From the NCBI GenBank assembly GCA_020536535.1, contig JAHLWZ010000846.1, forward strand, positions 15,373 through 79,372: DNA of 64,000 nucleotides, written 5' to 3'. Positions 33,044 through 46,719 of this stretch are shown in pieces. A model generated the notes under the pieces. The model was not told the origin of the DNA. It saw only the letters and a program-made list of their open reading frames with translations, and did not search any database. The stretch comes from Pelomyxa schiedti. Lineage: Eukaryota; Protista; Evosea. How positions within the stretch are numbered: position 1 is the stretch's first letter; each line of letters begins with the position of its first letter. The position numbers and the translations under genes were made by a program.

Positions 33044-36000
33044 ATGGGAAACATCACTCCCCTGCGTGCGTCGACGTCCTCGCCCTCGAGGCCTCGCTCT
33101 GGAGCCCTTTCTGGCATGAGCCTGGTGACCGTGGCGACGGTGATGCTTCTAACGGCCGGACTGAGCCGATCACAGACCACGCAGTGCAACGACGACTGCT
33201 CGGTGTGCGGGGGGTACACGCCCACGGCGGCCCCGACGACGTCGGCGACGTGGGCGGTGGCCAAGGGGTCGACCAAGATGAACGTGACGTTCTCGGTGTA
33301 CTACACTGGGTTTGGCATAAAGTGCCAGCCAAACGGCACCAAGCTGTCGACTGTGGCGCAGTTCAAGATCGAGTATTCGAGGGGATCTCCGACCCTGGCG
33401 TACCTGAATGGCACCGCTACAACGAAAGCGCTGGATTTGTATGGCCACAGATCCGTGGGTACGACGCAATAAACAACAATCTCTATTTATAGGTTTTTGT
33501 TTTGTTATTCATGTTTTCGCTTTTGGTTTTTGTTTTGTTTACCTTAATCTTTCCCCTTTTATGTTCTTGCCTCACAAAAACTTTGTGGTGCAGTGAAGCA
33601 ATTATCAAGTGGAGTTTATTGGTGGCATGCTGCACCGATGCCAATGAAACTGTTAGAATTTTCTATGAAAACCTAAACTACCCTAAATAACACCTAGGAT
33701 CGGCTGTACCGACCTTGTTCCTGCAAACAGTATCATAAAGTTTAGCTGTCCTTACCCGTCATACATTTGGAGTATTTCGTACGCATACGGCTTTAAGACT
33801 ACCCCACCTACTTGTTCAACACCTAAGTCAGGCCCAAGTAAGTTTTTTTTTCTTTTGGGTTAAAAGAAATCATTCTTGTAAGGTTATTGTGGTAGTATCA
33901 GTTCTGCAATCTCCACCGCTTGTGTTGACCCTAAGAATACATCATGTTCATACAAACTTGTGGATACTGGACCGTGCCATGCAAATGAATTCAAACATGT
34001 CTTCATTTCCTATCGGTGTTCTGGCTACCAAATCCCAGCTTCTGATACAATACAAAGTTTCTGTATTCTGGCATATCCTTCAGCACCAGGAATAAGCAGT
34101 CCAACTTCTGGATCAGTTTTATTTGTGTGTCTACTCCTGGTCCCCCTTTTTTTTCTAAAATGATGCCTTTAAGACGCGAACTCTTCTCTTGAAGTGGACG
34201 GTACCTAAGACTATTACCCCCTGTCCCAGCTACAAAATTCTTTATGATGTAAGCTACTCTTTCGTAACAAAATCTGGCAACACGACAAGAACACAAAAGG
34301 GTGTAAATACAACATCCCTACTTGTTTCTTTTTCTTCTGATGGTGTTTGCTTCTGGGTAAGGAGCTCACTCAAATTATCTTGATGCCAATCTTTGATAGA
34401 ATGTGACGGCCGTGGTATATCAAGGGTCGGCGCAGACATCAACATCTTCCTCGATGTGGAATTTTACATTGACTTCTCCCCAGCCACCAAACCCTCCCCG
34501 CCAAATTTACCCCAAAGATGGAGTATATCAGCCAGAGAACCCACCACTACTTAAATGGGGAATGATGGATGGCAAGTAAAGTCTCACCCTTCAAATCTAC
34601 TAAATTTCAAAGGTCCAAGTTGCCCTGCTGGGTTTTCCTTGTTCTGGCCAAACTTAACAAGCCCTGTTTACTGCTACAAATTTGTGTTTGAACCGCGCAC
34701 TTGGAGCAGTGCCAACCATTCCTGTCATTCGTATGGAGTGGATGTGACTCTGGCATCATTTTTATCAGCTGAAGAGTTGACTTTCGTAAAATCCTCCATT
34801 ACTTACAATGGAACGTTTTGGATTGGGCTTCATGACATTCAGTAAGGTGATTTTTACCAACTTTACTTATTTTTTAAGGCCTGAGGGATCCTTTTCGTGG
34901 CTTGATGGCGCCAGTGTTACGTATCTGCCTCCAGGAGGCGTAAAGGGATTCAACAATGATAGTTACGATTGTGTCTCTGCTTCTACATTTGATTCTGACT
35001 GGTATGTCGGCTCTTGCAGCAAATCTATGTTTTTCATTTGTAAACAAACTGGTAGTACAATGTCACTAGAGGTTTACTTTAACGTGAAATAAGGTTTCAA
35101 TCTGAATGTTCCGGCCTATCAGTCCTGGAGTGTTTACCTTGGTACTGCTGGTAGTACACCAGCACTGATTGCATCTGGGTTGCAGTATCCCTGGTACCAA
35201 CACAACATTCCTCTCCAAGACGGTGTCTATAATTGGTATGTTGTGGCAAACAACACCCAGTATCAAACACAATCCATTTCCACATTCAACTTCACGTACT
35301 GTACACCTTCACCACCATGGCCGTTCTCTCTGTTGACTCCTACTCCTGGTCAAGTCTTTTCTTTGCTGAACATGTCGACTTGCAACGTTACCTTGACTTG
35401 GGCAATACCCACATTTATGGGGCAAAGTTGTCCAGGCACAGGTTTGCCATTCGAGGTGTCATTCCAATTTACATTCATTGAAAGATGGATTTTACCATAT
35501 ATACCTTGATGACACTTTTCTGGGAACTACATTGGGCAATCAGTTGAGTGTAGTAGTAGCGACATCGAACCACACATGGTACGTTACTGCGGATAATAGT
35601 GCACTTCAAAGGAACTCCTCTAAAGAGTCTTTTCTGGTGTGCACTTCTATGCCCGAGGGAACACCAAGTCTCATTTCTCCTTTAACTGGAGACATATTTA
35701 TTATTGGGGAGTCTCTTCAGTGGGCCCCAGTGAGCTTTGGATATAATTGCCTTCCATCAGTGAAAGTTCTCATGCTGTGGTACAGCCGAAATATAAGCAC
35801 ATACAATGATACAAGGGCTTGGCTGTCTTTACCTTCTTCAAATGCGACCTTCTATTCTCCATCTGACCTCAGTGGAGGCACTTTTTACTGGGCCGTCAAG
35901 GCAAGCAATTCTATGCTCAGCCCAGTTTCTTATGTGCAAAATGTTACTGCCTGCAGCTACCAAAAACCCAGTGAGCCACTACTTTCTCCCGAGTCACCCT

Positions 36001-39000
36001 ATGAGACTACCTGGAGCAATGTAACTCTTGAATGGCAGATAGCTTCTTGTGGGGAGTCTTGTGCAACACCACCACTCTGCAATGTCACGGTCATTTTTAA
36101 CGGCACAGTCGTCTGGGCAACAGCCCCAACAACAGGCTCTTTTACTGTGTCAAATTTAACTGCTGGAGATCTGTGGTGGTACGTTTATGTTAACAATGGA
36201 CATCTTGAAAATGTGGGTGTGGGCAGTGTTTCTTACACTCCCCCTGCTCCGCCCATAACCAACACAACTGTTGCTGTGAATAAAACTGTTTCTGTCAATT
36301 CAACAGTCACTGTCAATACTACTGTACCACTCAATACAACCGTGACAGTGAACTCTACCGTTGCCATGAATTCGACTGTTTCCGTCAATCACACGGTTGT
36401 TATCAACGCAACAGTCTCTGTAAATTCGACTGTGACGGTGAACAAGACCAAAACTGTAAACACAACTGTAGCAGTAAATGTCACTCACACTACTTGGGAA
36501 TTGGTACCTGTAAACTGCACGGAGAATGTCACGATCTCTGTTAATTGTAGCGATGGTTCTCAAAAATCAGTGCTCTGTGCGAGCAACGGGACCATCTCAA
36601 TCAACTGTACTATGGTTATAGTTACCCGCGAAAATGTTACTGTGACTGCTAATATCACTGTCGCTGAGAACTCCACAATTTTGACTAATTCAACAATTCA
36701 AGTGAATAAAACTGTGACAGTAAATGAAACTGTAACCAAAAATGTAACAGTTATTGTGAACCAGACAGTGACTATCAATACAACTGTTCCTGTCAACCAA
36801 ACAGTAGTAGTAAACACTACAGTGCCCGTTAATCAAACAGTAGTTGTCAATGGAACCCTGCCTGTACTGTGTAACTGCACTCCTCCTGACGTGCCAATTT
36901 TATCCACTCCAGTTAATGGGTCTTATTTTCTTAGTACCCAAGTCACTCTGGAATGGGGTTCAACTTACAAGTCTTTTGGAAAAACTTGCAACGCCTCTAA
37001 TCTCAAGCAATTTATTGTTGAATGGCGTCAGGATGGCTCACAACACTGGAATTCTTCCATCTCATATGGAAAGACAATCACTAATGATTTCGCCCCTGCA
37101 TCGTGGTGGTGGCATGTCATAGCAAATAATGGAGTCCTCAATTCTACTTCAGAAGACAGACTCTTCCTTACATGCCTTACTTCAACACCCAAGCCACCTC
37201 AAAATTTGGCTCCCGCGGGTCTAGTTCTGGGAGCACTACCAGTTACTATTTCGTGGGAGTCACCAACTGATTGGGGGATTTCTTGCAAGCAAGCACAGTT
37301 CTTTTCGTTGATTTTCAATGGAGTCTCTCTCAGCTTCTCTTCTCAGACAATGCAATTTGTATCGTCAGTAACAGTAGGTACACTAAATAACGTTTCTGTG
37401 GCCGCATGCACAATGACGAAGTGTTCCCCAAGAATTTACTCCGCCTTTACATACTGTGTTCCAAGTGAGCTAAATGAAGCTCCGAACCCTCTAGAACCCG
37501 CAACTGGAGAAATGGTTCAAAATAATGCTCCTATCTTTTCCTGGAAAGCTCCGTCACTTGGGATTGTATGCACCAACAGTCACTCTTCATTTGTTGTGTT
37601 TGTTCTGGGGAATTCAAAAACATCAGAGGTCGTACTAAACACTACATTTAGTATCAACACTACTTCCTACGTTCTTGCCACGCCTTTACCTGATTTGTCT
37701 GTTGAATATTACTGGAGTGTTCAATACTTTAATGGAGAAAAATATACGCCTGCTGCCCTGAGCACATTCAGCACATGTAGTCACCAGCCTCCTACGTTGC
37801 CTGTCCTGCAATACCCATGCAATGGATGCACACTAGATTACACTAGTGTTATTGAAGTGGGCTGGTCCCAGCCTAGTTGTGGAATCACTTGTCCATACAA
37901 TAAACCATGCAAAACAATTTTATTCCTCAACAATGGAACAGTTACACTGACTGCACTACCACCTTCTACCAGGTTTTCCTGACTTTGTCTCATCCCACTG
38001 TTGACTTTATACAATCGCAGTTATACCGTTTTCCCATCTTTTGAAACAGTTGAAGGAAATGTGGTTCTATCACCTGGAAATTGGAGTTGGAGAATCGCCG
38101 TTAATAATACCGAAATACATGTACGTTTTCCAGATCCCTTGTTACAGAGTGTAATGTGGTTAAATTCTAGGTTCAAACAATTCCCAGTGTGTTCTTTTTG
38201 TGTAAATCGCAGCAGCCTTCTCCACCCACTCCTCTCTTCCCTCCGTCTGGATCTGCATTTTCCCAACTCTATGTTTATTTTAATTGGACTGTTCCGGCTT
38301 TTGGGAAGAGTTGCCTTTCTGAATCTGAAAATGTGATGACCTTTATGTTGATGAAGCTTGGAAGTGATTACCTTTCCGCAACAACTCTCAGTGTTCCATT
38401 TACTTCATTGAGACTCGAAGAAGGTTCCCGACAACTAGCTCTCCTTTACTCACAGTAACACAGGCAGTTATGAGTGGTGGCTAACTTCCTCTAACGGTGG
38501 CATGGAATCAGAAGAATCAGCGCATTTTTCTTTTAGTCGTAAGTACATCATGTTTTGTTATTTTTCACCCCCATGCCAGTGTGCATCCCCAAGGCCCCAG
38601 GTTACCCTGCCCTCGTATTTCCTTTAGAGGGAGAAATGGTTCCTCTTGATAGCCCTGTTGTGATAACCTCTCTTTATGACTGGGGTACCGAGTGCCACAA
38701 TAATGGACCACGCACATACAAATTATTCATAACTGAGCAAACTTCGTCCTGGCCTTCGGTTGAAACAGATTTAATATCACATGAGGATAACATGCCGGTA
38801 CATTTGGAGTTTAATGCTGGGAATTGGAGTTTAGATCAAACGTATATCCACCACTTTGCTGCTTCTTCTCCTCACAATGCAAATCAGATACTACTGGAGA
38901 GTTAGAGTAACCAACACGGTATGACACTTACAAGGGTAGAGGTCTTCTAATTCTTGTTAGGAACCCATCCAAGCAACAACCGATTACTTTCGGTTTACTG

Positions 39001-41090
39001 CTTGCGTACCATGGTCCCCAGTAGCCCCAACACTACTCTTCCCCGTTGATGCTTTCAACGTTTCCTATTCAGAGAAAATACTCTTTGCTTGGAGTACAAT
39101 AGCCACATGGGGACACATATGCCCTTCTGACGGTTATTCTCTGACCTTGCAGTTCATTTTAATGGCAGAGATCGGTATGTAATACCTCCAAAAAATTGAC
39201 TTAACCTTATGAAGAGAACTCCACCAATACCTGGTCTGTTATTCAAAATGCAAGTGTTCTTCCATCTGCGACATCGACATTGGCACCAGTTGCGTCAGGC
39301 ACCAACTATTCATGGTTCTTGGTAATGTCAAATGGATGGGAATCTGTGATAACTCAAATTGCCTTCTTTGGTACCACAAAAGAGTGTGTCGTATATATCA
39401 CTCAACTACCGTACTTACAGGCAGTTTAGTCCCTGCTCAAAAATTCTTTGTGTCCGGGGAACTTGTGTTGCCTACAGCAACGGTACTGTTGATTGCCTGT
39501 GTTACCCAAATTGGCATGGAGATTCCTGTGATAAAATGGACAGTGACGCTAAAGGTAACAGTGGCTCCACAATGCAACACCCAACCAACCTTTTGAGTAG
39601 AAGGAAAAAAAAATATGAGACTTCTTGGCCTTGTTGCCGTGCCTGGACTCCTAGTACCTGCACTCTTGGGAGCTGCAGTATTTGTACTTTACAGAAGAAA
39701 ACGCCAAGCTAGGTTGCGCTTACAATACTCCAAAATTAGCAGATTACGGTATTTCAATCAGTTCTCCCAGTTTCTATAACATCTTGGTGGGCAGATTCTG
39801 TGAAGTTAAACGTTTGTATGAGGATGACACACTACTGGAATCTCATAAAGACGCCGTGCGGGAAACTTTGGTACTGAGTTTTCCCCTTACCTCTAGTAAT
39901 GTTGTGCAGCTTAGAGAGGCAGAAGACGGTTCTTGGACTACATTGAAAAGCGTAATTCGAAGCACAGATATTACTCAACTAGATAATCTTGCTAAAAGCG
40001 CAGTATATTTCTTTGAGCGGCATGGAAAGGGATTGGATATGGTGTGCCTTCTGCCGAAATTGTAGTGCGAGGTTTCTTAAGACAATTTCAGATGCAATTT
40101 CTCATCACTGACGAAGTGAGAAATTGCAAAGAAGCCATAGCTCTATTCCGAGCAAATAGCTTCTCAACCAAAGCTTATAAGGTGTGTAGTACAAGGGCAA
40201 GCAATGGGTACTTATTCCGTAAAGTTCTACTCAAAAATGGTTGGACTTTCATACCTTTTCCAAACTCTTGGAGTGTTATTTGAAGATATTTGGCGCGAAG
40301 CCGCTAATGAAGAGGTTTTTTCCTCCTCAACTTAGTACTGTAACTTACAGGTTTCAGGAAATGGGCAGTATCACCAACGGAAGCGTTGAAATGATCCAAA
40401 CGAGCTATGAAGTAAATCCTGAGACTATGACGGAAGAAGTTGACGAATCTGTCAATGCACTTGCTGTAAAACTTGTTTGCACTAAATTCCTTATCCAAGT
40501 GGCACTCTCCGCAAATCGGGTTCCTCTTTCCTTACGTCAAATATGTGCTACTATACAAAAAGAGGTTAGCAGCTGACAGCAAAAGCACTCTTCTATTCTT
40601 ACTTACACTCTAGGTTTCTTCTACACTACCCGAGTACACACGACAGTCCCTTGGTGCCTTCTTCTTCCTGCGTTTTATCAATACAGCAATCTCTGTTCCA
40701 GAGGGGTGTGGTCCCCACTGATATCGTATAAAACAACAACTAAAATGTCTATAGCTATGGACTGCTGCCAGAAACTCCACCAGAAAATATTCGCAGGCAA
40801 CTGATAGTTATTTCCAAAATACTTCAGAACTTGGCAAATGGAGTAAAATTCGGTGACAAGGAACAGTTCATGATGAAGTTTAATGACTTCCTTGAAGACA
40901 ACGCTGCGAAGCTTCTCAAGTGAGCCTTTCAACATTTTTTCCTATGAGTAATGACTGATTCTGCAGGTTCTATGAACAATTGTGTTCCCCCGGCCCTGGA
41001 ACAGTAGAACCCATTGAGGTACCTGATGACTATTATGAGCCCGCTCTCTTGGTACTCGCGTACCACATGGATTCCAAGGCAAAGCTTTGA
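33044..41090 (+). CDS. Receptor-type RasGAP: signal peptide, C-type lectin, Fn3/Ig-like repeats, N-glycan hexapeptide hairpin, EGF, TM, RasGAP
   Basis: Kozak-like gccaccATGG and a hydrophobic signal; CTL about 34615-35045 (CPAG..CYK..TW..A..SC..WIGL..W.DG..DCV..W...C....ICK); recurring F..C..P..P.L..P linkers and Y.W.V.A.N strands; EGF CVRGTC...CLCYPNWHGDSC; TM LLGLVAVPGLLVPALLGAAVFVLY-RRKR; RasGAP LFRANSFSTK, GAFFFLRFINTAISVP and ISKILQNLANG. Exons at about 33440-33900 are uncertain, so single-gene continuity at the 5' end is inferred. Confidence 0.75.
36261..36860 (+). repeat. Coding hexapeptide repeat N-x-T-V-x-V: two arms of 13 units flanking a 4-Cys core
   Basis: Counted from the translated ORF 35478..37982. 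Confidence 0.9.
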
Positions 41091-41330
41091 AATCGTCTCC
41101 AGTTTTTTTTTGTAAAACCATGGTTTTCACTGATAGAAGTAAGTGTTCTAATCGAGAGATGATACCTGTGTTGCCTCCCACAGGAAATTATTTCTGTCCT
41201 GTTGTTTGGCCTATCTCTACCACTTTACGTTTCTACGGAAAAGAAAAAGCAGAACATCAACGCAGCAGATAGAAAGGGGAAACGAAAAATAAAAAAAAAA
41301 CCACCACACCACCGCGATCCAGCGCCCATA

Positions 41331-44300
41331 ATGAAGAGGGGCTCCTTCTTCACCCTACGCAAAAGCAAGCCCCTAGCTGCTCTTGGCGGCGACACAACCA
41401 CCGCCACCAAGCCCAGCGCCGACGGCGCCTCCTCTTCGTCATCGTCGTCATCATCGTCTTCGTCGTCTCTCGATGGAGCGACACGTCGCCCTGCGTCGTT
41501 GCAATCTGCGGTGCCGCTGGGCGGCGACGTTGATGGCGGCGACACCTCGTCATCGTCGTCTTCGTCGACGTCGTCGTCCGCGGGTGGCGCGTCGCTCGAC
41601 GACGGCGGGGCGCCGGACGCGGATCTGCTGGACTCGATGCCGCCGCCTCCGCCGCCGCCGCGCTTCGTGTGCCTGGCGTGCGGCATGGCGGCGCAGGACT
41701 GCAGTTGCAATGACGTGGACAGGACCCTGCTGCTGAGGGTGTGCGTGCCCGTCGTCATTGGTGACGTCACTGTCACTCAGAAGCAGGTGGAATGCTGTCA
41801 GAGGGCTATAAGGAGATACATGGAAAAGAGTATCTCTCTTACAACATGCTCACCCATTTCGAACAAACACACAAACAACAACCAACCCAACCCAAACCAA
41901 AATAAACAAACACAAGCAAAATCAATTGCACGCTAAAACAAAATTTGCAGAACACAACCAAATTCGCAGAACAAAAGTTGTGCAAGAGATACACACTACA
42001 GAGAAAACTTATGTGGGGCTTTTGGAGCATCTCATTACTGTAACAATTGAAATACTTTGGGTTTTTGCTTATCTGTTGCGTACAGAATTACTTGGGGCCT
42101 TTACGAAAAGCTCAAGATAGTGGCTCACAAATTCTTCCCAAAGAAATGATCGAGAAAATTTTCTCCAACATTGAGCATGTATTTGCAGTAAACCAAGTTG
42201 TTCAACGTATTGTATTCCCCAGTGGCTAAAACTTGATTTGCCCAGGAATTGTTGAAGCAACTTACAGTTCGGGTGTCAAGTTGGACAGAAGCCTCCACTG
42301 TTGGTGACATTTTTTTGGAGTTGGTATCAAATTTTGTTCTGTAAGACTTTTTCTTTTCCCTTACTCCCAGATAGGGCCCTTTCCTCAAAATATACACAAC
42401 TTACTGTGCAAATTACTATTCAGGAATCATGCAACTAGCAAGTCTTACCGAGAAATCTACACAGTTTTCCAGCTTTTTAATGGTTTTTTTTAAATTTTCA
42501 TCTTTGCTTCCTCATGTCCATCGTTAGAAAGTGGCTAAAACAGGAGGGTCAAACCAATCTCTCCCATCCTTGTTAATTTTACCTGTGCAACGAATTCCAA
42601 GATATCAATTGCTATTAAAGGTTCGCACTTGTTCTGGTTCTTGTTATTTCTTAAGTATTTGACAGGAACTTCAAAAGTTAACTGACCCGGCACACTCGGA
42701 CTACGGCAATCTTGCAACAGCCTTAGGGACAATAACCGAGGTTGCTCAACACATCAACGAAAACATCCGTGACAAACAACAACTAGAGAAGTTGTTGGCA
42801 CTGCAGAAACAATTTAGTGGATATTGTCCTGTAATCTTTCTTGTTCCCCATATTTTATTATTTAGAATTATTCAGCCACTGTTTGGGAGGTGCAGAGCAC
42901 TAGTTCGAGAAGGACCGCTGATTAAAATATGTAGAAAATCCCCGAAAATGCGGCACTTCTTCTTGTTCACTGATGTTTTGGTAGATACCCTTTTTTAAAA
43001 AACAATTCTTCAACTTGCTAACTGAGGGGGAAAATGCAGATTTATGGGGTCAAGATAGATTCTGTAACCGGAATTACTTACAAATACCACCGAAGTATCT
43101 CCCTTCTCCAGGGAAATGTTCGAGCCATTAACGATCGCGCTAGTGTGCATTTAAAACGTTGTAAATGAAAGGTTAACATGACTAGAAATTCAGCATGCTT
43201 TTGAAATATATGGAAAAGAGAAGTCCTTTGTTGTCTGTGCTAAAGATGATGAAGAAAAAAGCTCTTGGATAAATGATATAAGCAAGGTGTGCCGAGAAGT
43301 AAACGCAGAAGCAAGAGTATCAAAAAGATTCAGCAAACTTGGTATATTTCCAAGAAAAATTAATCCAATTAGCTAACTGGATATGACCACAAAGACTCGA
43401 CTAACGTACTTCCAATAGGCCAACCGGAAGAGGAAGAAGAAGACTCGGTGGTCTCTGCCCCAGTTTGGGTCCCTGATAATGAGTCAGAAAATTGCATGAG
43501 ATGTAACTTCAAGTTTTCATTTATTCATCGTAGAGTACGACATCCACTCCTATTCCTTTAATGACTCATTTTCTTTTTTAAAATTTACATATGCATTACT
43601 AGCATCATTGCCGTAGATGCGGTGAGTTTTAGTCCAGTTCCTCCCCTTGGTAACTTCTATCATAACAGGTAAAGTGGTGTGTGGTGAGTGCACACGAAAC
43701 AAGTACTTGCTCGAGAACGTCAACGAATATGCCAGGGTTTGCAAAGTGTGTTTTCAGGAATTAGTTAGCACATGTGGTGCTGAGAGGGGAATTGCCTCAG
43801 GAGAACTACCTGAAGGTAAGTGCATATGATTTGTGAACCAGGTAAATTAATGCTTACGCAGACCCCTTGGAATGGAAAAAAGAAAATGTCAAAGACTGGA
43901 TTGGCACAGTACAAGGTGGAATTTTTAAGAAGTACAAAAATGAGTTTAGAAAGTATGACGGAATGAAGCTATTTGAACTTGATCTGAAAGCCATCCATAA
44001 ATACATCCCAAATGAGGAGCTTGCAGCATCATTCTTCTACGAAATCAAGAAATTGAAGCAACAAACTAATGACCGAATTGGTCAAAATGCCGAAGCTGCT
44101 GCTGCTGGAGAAACGAAGCCTTCTCATTCGTCTAGCACAATAGGGACGTTGCCTGGAAGCAATCCTACACATTCACGCTCCGTATCATCGTCTTCAGAGG
44201 TTTTCCCTCCTCCCCCAAGCCGGGCAGTTCCTGATGCACCACCATCTCGGCCACCTCCAGTGAGGCCGGAAGATTCAGAAGAATCCTCTTCAGATTCTGG

Positions 44301-45826
44301 TTTTCTCCTTTAACGGGTTTTCTTTACACTCACTGAATAAAGGAAGTGATACAGAAACCTCAGAGTCAAGTTCCGATGAAGAAGCTATTGATTCAGCCTC
44401 AGGTTTTTCTGGTTTGTCTCCAACTATCCTCCAAGTCATAATGTGCTAAATCAGGTTCACACAACCGCACTCCCAGTACTTCTATTCCGAGCAGAGAAGT
44501 AGCAACGCCCCTGCCCAACACTCCAGCACCTGAGGTGTCAGCTCCAACGACTCCCCTTCCATCTGCCAATAAACCTGATGCATCACCTTCCATGTCTAAA
44601 CCACCCCCACCTCCACCTCCCACAGCACCTAAACCACAAAAACCAGCTCCCCCCACTGCCGCAAAGCCTATATTACGGACTCAAAAAAATGCAACTGGAA
44701 GCTTACAGCCCTCTGGCAGCTCACCATCCTTGATGGGTTCATCTTCTCCAAACTCTACTTTCACACGTACCAATTCTGGAACAGCATTGCATTCCAGTGA
44801 ACCAAAAACCCATGCTAGTCTCAATATGTCTGTAACTCTCTCGCAACTCCCACCAGCCCCCCACACTGCCGCTCCCCGGCCCCCTCCCCAAACGGATACC
44901 TCCCCTCTTCCAAGTTCCACTGAAACCAATCCGTTTCTCGAAACTGCCCATTTGCCAGCGGAGTCATCTAACCCTTTTCTGGATGAAAAAGCACCCACAC
45001 ACACTGTCTCGCCCCCACTCGCCACAATGGCTCCTCCTTCTCGGACACCACCAACACCAAGCACCCCTGGTTCTCGCAAAAAGCCTCCTCCACCTCCCGT
45101 ACCTTCTTACTCCCCTCATCCAGATTCTCCACCCCACCAGCCTCCCCCAGCACCCCCAAAGAAACCTTTACCTCCACATGAAAATCGCACAGTCACAGAG
45201 GCCCGTTCACCCAGTCCACCACTAACACAACCACCCCCGAAACCACCAGTTGCTCCACCCAAAACAGACAACAACACTGACCAAGCACCAACAAGCTACT
45301 CCAACCCCTTCCTGGACAGTGATGATGAAAACCAAGAGCCACCACAACAAGCATCTTCTCCCTCACCGCAGCCTCCCTCCAAGTCGCACACTCCAGCACC
45401 CACTGTGGCAACTTCCCCGCACCCCGAGCTCCCACAATCTCACCCTGCAGCACCACCCAAGTCACCAGTAGGCCGAAACCCTCCCCCAGCACCACCCACA
45501 CACACACAGAAAGTCGCTCCCCCTCCCAACAAACCCCCAACGCCTCCAACGCCTGCAGCAGAGACTAATCCCTTCCTATCTGATGACAAACCAACTCCGC
45601 AAAAGCCCCAACGCCCAGTCCCTCCCGCCAAGCCACAACACAACAACGAGGTCGGCAAGCCAACCGCCTCTCCTTTCAAGAACGAAGCCCCCGCCGCCGA
45701 ACCCCTAAATCCATTTTTGGACGACGAAACACCAGCTTCAACTTCAACTTCAGCTTCAGCCACCGAATCGTCCTCCAATCCCTTCCTAGACGATGACAAC
45801 CATGAAGATCCAGTGCAAGCTTCCAC

Positions 45827-45879
<53 letters not shown>

Positions 45880-46567
45880 CACAACCACGCGCAGTTTTCC
45901 AACCAAAAGTAAAACCATCAAGCACTCTCGCTTCTTCAACACCGGCAGCTCCACGCAACACAAACCCGTTCGAGGACGACGACGACGACGAAGGCTCACT
46001 ACCGACGCCTTCCGTTCCGCTAAAGACCCCCCTATTTAAATCTGCTAGCAACATCACCACGCCATCACGCACCCCGGTGCCACCACCAAAGACACCCACG
46101 TCGGCGTCTACAGCCCATAACTCACAAACATCCGGGACGCCACCCCTGAGGTCCTCAGAAAACGCTCTCACAAGCAGCAGCAGCGGCGACTCTGACAGTC
46201 TGCACTTCTCTATACCTCCGTTTTGTTCTAACATCACTAACCAACAGGTTCAACTCCCCAAGCGAAACACAGGCCTCTGCCACCAGGAGGCCGTCCACCG
46301 CCTCCGCCCCCAGGCTCAAATCCAGGTATCATCACCTTTTTTTTGAGCCCCCTGTTTTGTGTGCCATCACTGATTTCCCATACCTCCAAAAAATAAAACA
46401 ACAATCTCCTAGTTCTACGATCCAACACACCAAGTGCAGTATGAGTCCCAATCAAACAAACATACAAGTAACAGTAAACTAACAAACATAAGGTACCACC
46501 CAGATCTCCGTCTGTAGATCGGGATCGTCCCAGGGCACCACCACCTCCACCACCCAAAAAAATGTAA
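41331..46567 (+). CDS. FGD/frabin-like RhoGEF: DH-PH-FYVE, SAM-like domain and Pro-rich tail with 7 NPF motifs
   Basis: DH VVQEIHTTEKTY...LPVQRIPRYQLLL; PH LVREGPL...HFFLFTD...SWIND; FYVE WVPDNESENCMRC..RHHCRRCG.VVCGEC..RVCKVC; SAM-like LEWKKENVKDWI..KYKNEF..DGMKLFEL. The last exons are approximate. Confidence 0.88.
45828..45878 (+). repeat. (CAACAG)n microsatellite encoding a 17-residue poly-Gln tract
   Basis: Read directly. Confidence 0.9.
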
Positions 46568-46719
46568 TTTTATGACAGCACACCCCTGCGCTGTAAAAAG
46601 TGTTGAAGGTGTATTTTTTTGCTTGAACAAAATTCTCTCAAATCTCTATTCCCCGGTTCCGTTCGTACAAAAACGAGGAGTTGGTGTATCCAGCATTAAA
46701 AAAATAAAATACCGCGGGG

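Noticed and set aside
34073-34081. ATATCCTTC on the plus strand, resembling a U12 AT-AC donor
   Set aside because: It encodes the recurring linker motif (FCILAYPSAPGISSP) in frame, and no U12 branch site follows.
36261-36860. Thr-rich repeat as an ice-binding (TxT) beta-solenoid or a DNA-level tandem repeat/CRISPR-like array
   Set aside because: The period is at protein level with diverged codons, Thr occurs as part of N-x-T sequons, and there is no repeat-spacer structure.
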